A stretch of DNA of 64,000 nucleotides, from contig MCFH01000077.1 of assembly GCA_002104945.1 (NCBI GenBank), forward strand, positions 152,874-216,873. The letters run 5' to 3'. The stretch comes from Piromyces finnis finn. Taxonomy: Eukaryota; Fungi; Neocallimastigomycota. The translations under genes were made by a program, and so were the position numbers. Positions 41,001-50,776 of the stretch are shown piece by piece. The notes below the pieces were generated by a model, which had not been told where the DNA came from, did no database searches, and saw nothing but the letters and a program-made list of their open reading frames with translations. Each line of letters begins with the position of its first letter. The stretch's first letter is position 1.

Positions 41001-42061
41001 CTCAATCCAATAGATTCATATTGATGGGGAAGTTTATCTAAATATTTTTTTGTTATAATACTTAAGTTGCTACAGGAATCAACTAATAATTTACCTGGTA
41101 CCCCATCAACCGTTGCATCTACCATAGCGATATCTTCTTCTGATACTTCTTTACTTTTGCTTACATACGAATGATCTACATTATTTACTAATACCGAAGT
41201 AGCATTAAAATTCTCCAGAGCTCCCACAATTTTTGTGTTGTTCTTTTCCAGTTTAAGACCTTGTGACACTTGCGTTCGTAACTTTGGAGCCGAGTTAAGT
41301 AATTGACCAAAAGTAATATTGCATTTTGTTTCGTTAAGATCTTTAACTACATTATATTCTTCCGTATCTGCTATCATTTGAATATTTCTAGCAGTTTTCT
41401 TAACTTTCGATTCTGCAGGTTTTTCTTTCTTTTGCTCTTTCATTAATTTATTTTGAGTTGAATTAGAAGTAGATTTGGTTGATTCACTTGTGTTATCTTT
41501 CTCTACCACCTTAGCACCTTTCTTATCTGTAATTGCAGATAACATTTCTTCTTCATCATAGTCGATAATAATAGGATCTTCCTTAGAACTTGCCAATTCA
41601 TTCTTTTCTTCTTCCTTTTGTTCACTACTACTAGCACGCTCTTTATCCCGAAGTTTTCTTTCTTTTAGTTTTTGTTCTCTGATATTCGGTTGAGCAATAA
41701 TAGAAGGATGCAGTTGCTTAGGAGAAACATCTATTGGTATATTTTCTAATTCTTGTGCTTTACGTTTCCTAAGAGCAGGTGTAAGAATAGGTCTAGGATC
41801 ATTTTTCAAGTTTTTGTGAAGTCGTTTTTCTTTATTATCATCTTGTTCTTTGCTTATTTTATCCAACTTCCTTTTATTAGCACATACAAAGAACTGTTCA
41901 TTAATATCAGTATCTTCAAAGTCACTTTCGATTCCTTCATCATATTCTTCTTTCGACCAATCACTCTGGCTTGTTGTTTCTTCACTTGGCATTGACTGAT
42001 ACTGAGCTGAAGCTATTTTATTGACGATGGGAGTGCTTCTTCTCCCACTTAATGATTTAAA
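38006..42061 (-). CDS. Pol (PR-RT-RNaseH-IN) of element B, expressed via -1 frameshift
   Basis: The frame is open from the slippery site (42061) through MPSEE to the stop. LVDSCSN protease, CVDYRRVN/FIDDILIYS RT, IRTDASYEG RNase H, HNIGH/CEKC and YFVGPL integrase. No chromodomain. Confidence 0.95.
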   Translation of the reverse strand, partial: FKSLSGRRSTPIVNKIASAQYQSMPSEETTSQSDWSKEEYDEGIESDFEDTDINEQFFVCANKRKLDKISKEQDDNKEKRLHKNLKNDPRPILTPALRKRKAQELENIPIDVSPKQLHPSIIAQPNIREQKLKERKLRDKERASSSEQKEEEKNELASSKEDPIIIDYDEEEMLSAITDKKGAKVVEKDNTSESTKSTSNSTQNKLMKEQKKEKPAESKVKKTARNIQMIADTEEYNVVKDLNETKCNITFGQLLNSAPKLRTQVSQGLKLEKNNTKIVGALENFNATSVLVNNVDHSYVSKSKEVSEEDIAMVDATVDGVPGKLLVDSCSNLSIITKKYLDKLPHQYESIGLSCRRIRLATKNDDYSEGIIIRVPVQINDLTITADFRVVDKEDPFYDMLINLKTQMDNNLFIHPLRYSLCRFNSNGFIEDIAPINNKYDDEEKIMCMIRRVGDEDFKSDLKNIEGLPPSEYIHNKNFTETLNEKYREQIVRILEENIEIIATSSEELTPSNLTPHKINLKPGAKPIKQRSYRLAKFKSDILKEELSKLINKKLIEPSYSEWSSPVVLVPKHNGKWRMCVDYRRVNDLSEKDAYSIPFIDEIFDSLHGATIFTTMDLYSGYHQILMDEESVELTSFTTKFGNYQFKVMPFGLTGAPATFQREMNRILFPLIGKCVYNFIDDILIYSKSIEEHIEHINQVLAIFRENKLKINIEKCHFMQTEVDVLGHRLTTEGLKPLDNKIQAIKNWKPPSNIHELRSFLGSIGYYRDFIPNYAKLTAPLCKLLRKGVPFKWCNEQQESFIILKEKLINAPILKFPDFEKEFIIRTDASYEGIGGVLLQKEGTDIEHPIHYISRSLTKAEKNYGITDLEGTALFYCITKLKPYIMGSPFKTIVYTDHKPLIGLFKNKEPNNARQTRWCLTASMLGVDIRYEQGKKNVVADALSRMRNDKDKEVLATKINKGIEETMLSKVIKEFVEEKFTKIDGVDYFIDGRNYRKLITETNEKLKLILEAHNIGHEGYYKTYQRLRKSYYWNDMVNDIRRVVAKCEKCQLNRPQPYPEPTENLPTEVEAPFTHLGLDIIGPLVKTRNNNQYIIVAVDHFTKWVEAEPTENITSKDVIKFLINVFSRHGVPQVITTDNGVQFTSDMTKVFLDLYDVYVKFVSTYHPESNGLTENRNKEIGKLLRLLGKENKDWDEILPSALWALRTTKNTVTNHSSFELVYGREDQQPFDIAARPTKGINQSSDEILLEKFINHYRWTLEACENIKNANKYWATRREEKQSMTKGKNIHIGDLVLVRNFNRTKLEPYFVGPLKVVKKQFNTVTLADISTGIQMNRNVHLKNIVKFNSAFA

Positions 42062-42930
42062 TGATTATCATAATAACGCTTCTTGTTTCCTTCAATAATG
42101 GCTTGAAGTTTTGGGCAATTTTGTTGATAATGACCAGGTTCACTACAGAAGAAGCAAGCTTTAATAGTTAAATTCTTCATTTTCTTGACTAGGTTATTCA
42201 TTTCATCATCTTTATTAGGCTTTTTGGCTTCAGTAAAAGAAACTTTTCTCTTGTATGGTTGAAAATTATTATAACTTTTGGTTATTGCAGTAGTCGTTGG
42301 TAGATTACCATCATTATCTATTCTAGTAGATAACCTATCTACCTTCTCAGCTATCTTAAAGGCCTTTTCTAGAGTGATATCATCTTTTAAAGATACTTTT
42401 CTCCATGCTTCTTTATTATTTTGTAAAGAATCTGCATAATCTAACACACTAATCTGCTTCTTCTTTTTCTTATCCAACTTTAAATATAAAGATCTATATC
42501 TTCTATTGAAATCTTTAACTGATTCATTTCTTCTTATACGTAGTCTTCTTAGTTCCCGTAATAACATACTTTGATCTTCTTTTAACCCATAAAATGTTTC
42601 AAGGGCATTGATAATTTTCCCAAGTGAGGGATAATCTTCTTCATTAGATTCATTTTTCTGATTCTCTTCTTCATTTTCACTTTCATATTCATCTTCACTA
42701 TCACTGTCTTTATCTTCCAACTCTTGGATTACCTTTCTTGGTTCACCCTTAGAAGTAAGCACACATGCCATGTAAATTTTCTTGGCACTAGTGATATCTT
42801 GAAGTTCAATCCATAAACTTATTTCAGAAGCCCAGGATCTTATGTCCAAATTATCTTTGGAAAGTTTTTCTATATCCTTGAGTTCCTTCTTCAACTCCTT
42901 GAAATCTATCCTTGTAGTAGAATTGCTCAT
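42049..42930 (-). CDS. Gag of element B
   Basis: The first ATG gives MSNSTTRIDF. It has capsid-like LRRLRIRRNESVKDFNRRY and the CCHC knuckle CFFCSEPGHYQQNC. Confidence 0.92.
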   Translation of the reverse strand: MSNSTTRIDFKELKKELKDIEKLSKDNLDIRSWASEISLWIELQDITSAKKIYMACVLTSKGEPRKVIQELEDKDSDSEDEYESENEEENQKNESNEEDYPSLGKIINALETFYGLKEDQSMLLRELRRLRIRRNESVKDFNRRYRSLYLKLDKKKKKQISVLDYADSLQNNKEAWRKVSLKDDITLEKAFKIAEKVDRLSTRIDNDGNLPTTTAITKSYNNFQPYKRKVSFTEAKKPNKDDEMNNLVKKMKNLTIKACFFCSEPGHYQQNCPKLQAIIEGNKKRYYDNHLNH

Positions 42931-43560
42931 TTTCTTGTATTTTCCTTGACCGAATTTATTGCAGTACAAGATGACACAGTATAGACTCAAAAATACCTTT
43001 GATAGTCTAAAAAAAAATTATAAGTTCGAAATTCCTTTATCGACCACTTATTAGTTGTAACCAAGCTCGAAATTCCTTTATCGACCACTTGACAGAATGA
43101 GATACAAATAATCTAGCACAGCACGTACTACCAATTATTTATTTAAATTTTTAGTATCACTCCTTACTATCTTAGTTCAGTCAGAAAAGATGAAATTATT
43201 ACTTTTGTTTTCTGTTTTTCTTATAGTTAATTATTATTTGTTTTCAATTTACTAGCAAGAATTTTAATTTAATATTGTTATTACTGATTCAAGTTACCGA
43301 CCAAATTATATATAATAGACTATTAACTAAGAGTCTTTCGTCCAATGGTAAATGTTGCCGTCACCTTATTCACACGATCTAAGTTCCGTCACGTGCTTCA
43401 GGATCTTTCTACCACCCCTAGTATACCTCTGTTGATTAGTTAATAAGGCTTGTCTATGCTGATATAACTTGTTTAACTTAAAACAGTAAGAAAAGAATAT
43501 TTCAATTAGCAATATTAAATTACTCGAAGAGAATCAACAAAAAGAATAGATATATATATC

Positions 43561-43607
<47 letters not shown>

Positions 43608-44543
43608 AATTATTATTTAAAAACTTATTTCTTTTTATAAAAATATAGGCCAACCTATATAATGTTAAACCATCAAGTATTATAGGTTGTGTAATTCTAA
43701 GTGAAAATCCCTCGTAGCTCTTTGATGATAAGCCACAAATATACCCGATGGTTAATATTAAATATAATTTAATAAAAGGAAGTAACGTAATTAATTTCTT
43801 TATTATCACTAACTTAATTAGCGGAAAGAAAATAATTGATTATCTTCCCCAATTATCAGATATAATTGAACACCAAAGTATTACGTACAGCAGTTTAACT
43901 TGCCACGCTAAGGGTCACTTTCGAATTATTTATTTATTGTAAAGATATCAAACGCCTCTGTTTGATATCTTTAATGTAACTTAAGCCACAAGTATTATTG
44001 TTTAAGTTACACAAATTATATTCAGAAAAAGAAAATGAGACATAATTTATTTATTAATAATTAAAGTTTAAAACAAAATAAATTATTAATTTATTTTTAA
44101 TGTTTAACAAGCAAATTAATATTCTCAATTTAAATCCCTAGTTTTAGTATTGTTTTTTTATAGAAATAGATAAATAATAAATGATTAATATATCAATAAT
44201 ACATGGGCACATATTCAAATTAAATAGTACTTAATTTGAATTGCCAATTGTATTTTACTAAAAATAGTTATAGTTTAAATATTTATTAATAATTAAGATT
44301 TTAGTGTAGATTTTAAATAATAATATATAAGAAATAAATAGTTATAATATAATATAAATGTATTTAGGAAAAATATAAATAGAAGATATTTTTCATCATT
44401 TTATCGATGTAATTGTTATTATTAAAATTCTATTATAATAAAAGATATTTTATAAAACAATTTTTTATTTTATTTTTTCAAAATCTTGTGTTATTGTAAT
44501 AGAATAGATATCCTAATCTATTCTTTCAGTGTTCAACATTACA

Positions 44544-44554
44544 ATAACAATTAC
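44544..44554 (+). promoter_or_regulatory. Self-priming PBS of element C (ATAACAATTAC)
   Basis: Exact reverse complement of GTAATTGTTAT at 44409-44419 in the LTR, 35 bp downstream of TATAAATA (44374-44381). Confidence 0.85.
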
Positions 44555-44579
44555 CTAACATACAAATAAGAGTACGTTA

Positions 44580-44718
44580 GGATATCTTGGATAACTACTG
44601 ATAACTTTGGGAACTACCAGGTATTTTGGATAACTACTGATATCTTTTGAAACTACCAGATATTTTGGATAACTACTGATATCTTTTGGAACTACCGGAT
44701 ATCTTGGATAACTACTAG
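44580..44718. repeat. 39-bp tandem repeat (about 3.5 copies) in the leader of C
   Basis: GGATAACTACT recurs at about 44589, 44628, 44667 and 44706. Confidence 0.9.
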
Positions 44719-44832
44719 TGTCTTTGTGAGCTACCATTTTTATAAATTTATTCTATTATCTTGCTCGACACTGTAACATACAGAGAGAGTCTGAAGCAAC
44801 GTTTTAGTATAGATTTTTCTTTAGTTACTTTG

Positions 44833-44879
<47 letters not shown>

Positions 44880-44948
44880 ACTTGCTTGTAATAGTAGCAG
44901 GAAACAATCGGTAATCTTAATTTTTTCATTTAGTGTCTAGTTGGTGAA

Positions 44949-47900
44949 TTGGAGGAATTAATAAATATATTTGATAATTGGAATTTGGAGGAAATGACGG
45001 ATAGAATGGAGAATGCTGCTGGGAATCATGGAAGCATTATTAATGCTCCACCATTATTCACTGGTAGGCAAAGGGAATTAGATGGTTTTTTAACCAGAGT
45101 GGAATTGGTTTTCCGAACTCGACCGGCACTGTATAATACAGATCGCGTCCGGGTTGACTTCGTTATTTCCTACTTCTCTGGGAAACCGTTGGAATGGGCT
45201 TCATCACTAATGCGGAATAATAGTGGGATATTAAACAATTATGATGAATTTATAGATCGTTTGAGGGCTAATTTCGGATGTGACCGTTATGATACTGTTG
45301 TTGCGAATGGTAAATTAGACAACATCCGACAAAAAAAACTTGGATATGTTGTTGATTATATTACCGAGTTTCAAAGAATAAGCCAAAATTCAAACTTTAA
45401 TGAAAGTGCAAAGATCTATATGTTTCTGAAAGGTTTAAACCCACAGTTAAGAGAAAAGTTGGCTTTTGTTGAAACCAATCCAAATTCAATGGAACAGTTA
45501 ATATCTTCAACAATTTTGGTTGAAGATATGATGAAAAGAAATTCTTTAAGTGAATTCTATTTTAACAATAGGATTGCGGGAGATCCTATGGATGTTGATG
45601 TTTTTAAAATTAGTGCGGATAGGAAACGTAAGCGTTATATCAACATTCAAGGATCCAGCGGTCGTTATGAGGAGAGATCAAATAATTTTGAAGAAGAAAG
45701 AAAAAAGGGTGTTTGTTTTCTTTGCAAGAAACCAGGACATTTGAAATTCAATTGTCCTAATAGAGTTAAACCAAAAAGAGTATTCCGGATTATTAAGGAA
45801 AAGACTCCTAGAATTGCTAATCCAAGGATTTATAAAGTGGGAGTCATGGATAGCAAAAAAGACGTAAATATTATCGATTTTTATTTAAGTACAAACAATA
45901 TTCCGGAAGTTAAAGTTAGAGTGTTAGTTGATTCAGGATCCGAATTAAGTTTTATTAATCCTGAACTTGCTAAAGAAATTGGAATTCATTTTGAAACTGT
46001 TGAGCCTTTCCGAGTTTCAGGAGTTAACGATGGGATTTCTTGTGTAAAGGAACGGAGTGAAAAGTGCATATTAAGATGTAGAAATCATTTTGAAACTATT
46101 CAATTATATAGTTTAAAGGTTCCTGGTGTCGACGTAATTCTTGGACTACCATGGATTAAAAAGCACAATCCTGAGGCTTTTTATGATTCCAAGAAAATCA
46201 ATTTTAGTTCGGGATATTGCGCTAGACACTGTAACCATGGGAAAAGAAATAGAAAAAGTAAGAAGAAATCTAAGAAGGACGAATTAGACCATGAAGTCCT
46301 CGACAAAAGTATTATGAAAAAATCGGCTAAATCCATCGGTCTCTCGGATAATGCAAACACCTCGAATAATGAAGACAAGGAGTACGTTAGAGGACGCCTA
46401 GTAAGAACTATTAATGATGAAGAAGACAGCGAAGATGACGGAGACAATTATAATAAAAAAGTTAAATGTATAATTAGTAAAATTAGTGAAACATGTAATA
46501 GTAATAATAAATGTAATTATGAATGTAATGAAAATAGTCTTAGTTTAATAGAAACAAAGATTAAGAATAATGAATTAAATAAAGAAAAAATGGTCACCGT
46601 ACCATCCGAATATATTGAATTTTTAGAAGTGTTTAACGAAAAAAATTGTGAAGTGTTACCTCCTCATAGACCTTATGATTGTGAAATCAAGCTTAAGGAT
46701 GATTCAACTTTATTTTATGGACCCTTGTATCCATTAACTGAAGTTGAAAGAGAGGAACTTAAAAAATATATAGATGAAAATTTAAATAAGGGTTTTATTA
46801 GGAAATCATCGTCTCCTGCAGGGGCTCCAATTTTGTTTGTTAAAAAGAAGGATGGCTCCCTGAGACTTTGTATTGATTATAGAAAGTTGAATGACATTAC
46901 CATTCGTAATTCATATCCTTTACCTTTAATTAGTGACCTTCTGGAAAGAGTGAAAAATGCTAAAATTTTCACTAAATTAGATCTCAAATCTGCTTATAAT
47001 CTTATTCGTATTAAAGAAGGTGACGAATACAAAACAGCTTTTCGTACTAGGTATGGTCATTATGAATATCTAGTTATGCCTTTTGGATTAAAGAATGCAC
47101 CTGCAACTTTTCAACACTTTATTAACGATGTTCTCAGTGATTACTTAGACGATTTTGTTATCTCGTATATTGATGATATCCTTATTTATTCTAATAATAT
47201 CGAAGAGCATCATGAGCATGTTAAAAAGGTACTTAAGAAACTACTTGAAAATAATCTTTATGTTAAATTAGAAAAATGTGAGTTTGATGTTGAGAAAACC
47301 ACTTTTCTTGGTTATGTCATTTCAAAGGATGGATTGCAAATGGATGAAAATAAAGTTAAAGCAATTCTCGATTGGCCGGTTCCCAAGAATGTTAAAGAGG
47401 TTCAGTCTTTTATTGGTTTATGCAACTATTACAGAATTTTTATTAAAGACTTTGCTAAAATTGCAAACCCTCTTCACAAACTCACTAGAAAGAATGTTGC
47501 TTTTAACTGGGTGAAAGAAGATCAGGACGCTTTTATTTTATTAAAATCTCTGTTCACGTCAGCTCCTATTCTGAAACATGCGGATAGTAATAAACAATTT
47601 ATTGTAGAAACTGATGCTAGTAATTATGCTGTCGGTGCTATTCTCTCTCAAGAATTTGATGGCAAATTACATCCTATTGCATTTCTTTCTAAAAGTTTGA
47701 CGAGTTGTCAAAGAAACTATCCTATATATGACAAGGAACTTTTAGCTATTGTAATTGCTCTTGAAGAATGGCGTCATTATTTAGAAGGTGCACGCCATCC
47801 GTTCATAATTTATACTGATCACAAGAATTTAACATTTCCTAGAAAACCTGAAATGTTATCTCAGAGACAAATTAGATGGAATTTGTTCTTATCCAGATTT

Positions 47901-49592
47901 GATTTTAAACTCATTTATAGAGCTGGAAAGAAATCCGGTAAGCCTGATATCCTGTCTCGTAGAAGTGACCATTTAGAGAATAATATTAATTCTGATGTTT
48001 CTTGTCTTACTATTTCGTTTCATCATAGCGATAACAAACCGTTAATCGATTCTATTTTATTAGAACTTAAAAATGACGATTTGTATAATTCTATTGTCCA
48101 ATTTAAAATGAATGGTTCTGCATGTAATGCACCTATTAAAAATATTGATAAAGTTATTATTGATAATGAAGGATTTTTGTTATATAATAATCTTATTTAT
48201 GTTCCTAAATCTCTTAGGACAAGAGTTTTGGAACTTCATCATGATTCTGTTGCTGCTGGTCATTTCGGTATTAAGAAAACCACTGAACTGATTTCCAGAA
48301 ACTTTTGGTGGCCAAGGTTTCATTCAGACGTTAAATCTTTTATCAAATCTTGCGTGACTTGTTGCAAATCCAAAGTCCCCAGACATAAGCCTTATGGACT
48401 ATTATCCCCCTTGGGCACTCCCAGTAGGCCCTGGTCTGATATTTCTATTGATTTTATTGTTGATCTTCCTAAGTCCAGAGATATGACAACTCTCATGGTT
48501 GTTGTCGATAGATTTACTAAATTTGCTCACGCCATTCCTTTACGTTGTCTTCCTACTGCTTCGATTGCTGCTGATGCTTTTATTGCTAATGTCTTCCGTT
48601 TGCATGGTCTTCCTGATTCCATCATTTCTGATAGAGGCTCGCAATTTACTTCTGACTTTTGGTCAAGACTTTGTGACCTTCTTAATATCAATCATTCATT
48701 ATCGACTGCCAACCATCCGCAGACAGATGGTCAAACGGAGAGGGTGAACGGCATATTAGAACAATATTTCCGTTGTTTTATAAATAAAAAGCAGAATAAC
48801 TGGGTTGATCTTATCCCATTTGCTGAATTTGCATATAATAATACTTTACAACAATCTATAAATCAATCCCCATTCTTTGCTAATTATGGTTTTCATCCAA
48901 AGTTCAGCTTAGAAATTCCAGCTAATGATAGACCTAGTAGAGCTGAACAAAGAGTAATTGATATGAATGAAAACTTTAAATTATTAAAAGAAAACTTAGA
49001 AAAAGCAAAAGAAACATATAAGAAATATGCCGATATGAAGAGAATGATTCCCCCGGAGTTCGAAGTAGGAAAGAAGGTATGGTTATTGAAAGATTCTCCT
49101 GGAACTAACCTAAAGAGAAAATTAGCACCTCAAATGCTTGGTCCATTTGAGATAATTGAAAAAGTTAGTTCTCTCGCTTTCAAATTGAAACTTCCAAAGA
49201 CAATGAGATGTCATCCAGTCTTTCATGTTTCATTGTTAGAACCATATTTTGAAAACAAGTTTAACGACAGGTCTAATCGTAGGAAGAGGAACATTCACCT
49301 TAACACAGATTTAATTGAAAAAATTCCAGAGAAAATTGAAAAGATGAAATCTGTTAATGGTGAAACATTTTATAAGTTATCATGGAAAGGATTTGACAAA
49401 TCCACTTGGATTTCTGAAGATCAGATTCCAGATAAACAATTAATACAAGAGTTTGAAAGAAACTCTAAAAAGTCAAAATATAAGTCGAACGACTCCTCCA
49501 TGAAAATTAGAGAGAATAAAGTTGGTAATCTAATCAAGCATAGATACCAACCATTTGTAATTGAAATTCCTTCGAGAAAAGATTCCTTATAA
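44949..49592 (+). CDS. Gag-Pol polyprotein with chromodomain, element C
   Basis: Gag PPLFTGRQRELDGFL, CCHC CFLCKKPGHLKFNC, LVDSGS, YIDDILIYS, VETDASNYAVG, integrase HDSVAAGH/CVTC/ISDRGSQF, chromodomain PEKIEKMK...YKLSWKGF...TWISE. The first ATG is about 45 nt into the ORF call. Confidence 0.97.
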   Translation: MEELINIFDNWNLEEMTDRMENAAGNHGSIINAPPLFTGRQRELDGFLTRVELVFRTRPALYNTDRVRVDFVISYFSGKPLEWASSLMRNNSGILNNYDEFIDRLRANFGCDRYDTVVANGKLDNIRQKKLGYVVDYITEFQRISQNSNFNESAKIYMFLKGLNPQLREKLAFVETNPNSMEQLISSTILVEDMMKRNSLSEFYFNNRIAGDPMDVDVFKISADRKRKRYINIQGSSGRYEERSNNFEEERKKGVCFLCKKPGHLKFNCPNRVKPKRVFRIIKEKTPRIANPRIYKVGVMDSKKDVNIIDFYLSTNNIPEVKVRVLVDSGSELSFINPELAKEIGIHFETVEPFRVSGVNDGISCVKERSEKCILRCRNHFETIQLYSLKVPGVDVILGLPWIKKHNPEAFYDSKKINFSSGYCARHCNHGKRNRKSKKKSKKDELDHEVLDKSIMKKSAKSIGLSDNANTSNNEDKEYVRGRLVRTINDEEDSEDDGDNYNKKVKCIISKISETCNSNNKCNYECNENSLSLIETKIKNNELNKEKMVTVPSEYIEFLEVFNEKNCEVLPPHRPYDCEIKLKDDSTLFYGPLYPLTEVEREELKKYIDENLNKGFIRKSSSPAGAPILFVKKKDGSLRLCIDYRKLNDITIRNSYPLPLISDLLERVKNAKIFTKLDLKSAYNLIRIKEGDEYKTAFRTRYGHYEYLVMPFGLKNAPATFQHFINDVLSDYLDDFVISYIDDILIYSNNIEEHHEHVKKVLKKLLENNLYVKLEKCEFDVEKTTFLGYVISKDGLQMDENKVKAILDWPVPKNVKEVQSFIGLCNYYRIFIKDFAKIANPLHKLTRKNVAFNWVKEDQDAFILLKSLFTSAPILKHADSNKQFIVETDASNYAVGAILSQEFDGKLHPIAFLSKSLTSCQRNYPIYDKELLAIVIALEEWRHYLEGARHPFIIYTDHKNLTFPRKPEMLSQRQIRWNLFLSRFDFKLIYRAGKKSGKPDILSRRSDHLENNINSDVSCLTISFHHSDNKPLIDSILLELKNDDLYNSIVQFKMNGSACNAPIKNIDKVIIDNEGFLLYNNLIYVPKSLRTRVLELHHDSVAAGHFGIKKTTELISRNFWWPRFHSDVKSFIKSCVTCCKSKVPRHKPYGLLSPLGTPSRPWSDISIDFIVDLPKSRDMTTLMVVVDRFTKFAHAIPLRCLPTASIAADAFIANVFRLHGLPDSIISDRGSQFTSDFWSRLCDLLNINHSLSTANHPQTDGQTERVNGILEQYFRCFINKKQNNWVDLIPFAEFAYNNTLQQSINQSPFFANYGFHPKFSLEIPANDRPSRAEQRVIDMNENFKLLKENLEKAKETYKKYADMKRMIPPEFEVGKKVWLLKDSPGTNLKRKLAPQMLGPFEIIEKVSSLAFKLKLPKTMRCHPVFHVSLLEPYFENKFNDRSNRRKRNIHLNTDLIEKIPEKIEKMKSVNGETFYKLSWKGFDKSTWISEDQIPDKQLIQEFERNSKKSKYKSNDSSMKIRENKVGNLIKHRYQPFVIEIPSRKDSL

Positions 49593-50758
49593 ATTAATCT
49601 CGCAGGAGCTCGACTTAGAGAGAGAGATTGTAAAGATATCAAACGCCTCTGTTTGATATCTTTAATGTAACTTAAGCCACAAGTATTATTGTTTAAGTTA
49701 CACAAATTATATTCAGAAAAAGAAAATGAGACATAATTTATTTATTAATAATTAAAGTTTAAAACAAAATAAATTATTAATTTATTTTTAATGTTTAACA
49801 AGCAAATTAATATTCTCAATTTAAATCCCTAGTTTTAGTATTGTTTTTTTATAGAAATAGATAAATAATAAATGATTAATATATCAATAATACATGGGCA
49901 CATATTCAAATTAAATAGTACTTAATTTGAATTGCCAATTGTATTTTACTAAAAATAGTTATAGTTTAAATATTTATTAATAATTAAGATTTTAGTGTAG
50001 ATTTTAAATAATAATATATAAGAAATAAATAGTTATAATATAATATAAATGTATTTAGGAAAAATATAAATAGAAGATATTTTTCATCATTTTATCGATG
50101 TAATTGTTATTATTAAAATTCTATTATAATAAAAGATATTTTATAAAACAATTTTTTATTTTATTTTTTCAAAATCTTGTGTTATTGTAATAGAATAGAT
50201 ATCCTAATCTATTCTTTCAGTGTTCAACATTACATTTATATTTTAAAAAGAATAATTTTTAAAAATCGTTCAATTAAAAAAAAATATTTTTTTTTTTTTT
50301 TAAAAAATTATAAATACTAAAATAATATTTAATTTATTAAAAATTTGAATTACAATAATAAGTATAGTAGAACAGCATTTCACAGCAATTTTCCAATACT
50401 TATTTAGGGTGCTTAAGTAGTTCACAATTGCCCAGCTTACCGTATTACCAGTGTCATGTAGCAATTATGCGAGGCACTTCTATTTCTCTAGCAAAATAGA
50501 AAGGTTCAGCGCTTTCCAGTATCCTACTGTGAAAGATAAACTAGACCTAAAAACTTAACCACTAATTCCTAAATAAGTACTGCTTCTAAAGCGTACTAAT
50601 TCAGTTCTACTAAAATATTATACCTTAAAGCTTCAACAGTAATATAAATATTACCTATAACTTTGAAGGGTAATAAATTTTTAAGAAATTTATATAATAT
50701 TTTAGTAATATTTTAATATTACTTTATCCTATGTATTAATAATTTTTATTAATATTAT

Positions 50759-50776
50759 TCCCCGATATCTCCACCA
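50759..50776 (-). promoter_or_regulatory. PBS of element B, complementary to a tRNA-Ala 3' end
   Basis: The minus strand reads TGGTGGAGATATCGGGGA. The implied tRNA end ...CCCGA-UAUCUCC-A-CCA has U70 and A73. It lies 7 nt from the LTR. Confidence 0.82.

Larger units (their letters stand above)
43938..50234 (+). mobile_element. Full-length chromovirus (Ty3/gypsy) element C, self-priming, nested in the leader of B
   Basis: 606-bp LTRs at 43938-44543 and 49629-50234 (TGTAA...TTACA, no differences seen), TSD TTTAT, PPT AGAGAGAGAGA (49617-49627), intact single ORF. Confidence 0.97.

Noticed and set aside
44580-44718. 39-bp and other tandem repeats as a CRISPR array
   Set aside because: There are no unique spacers and no cas genes, and the context is a eukaryotic retroelement.
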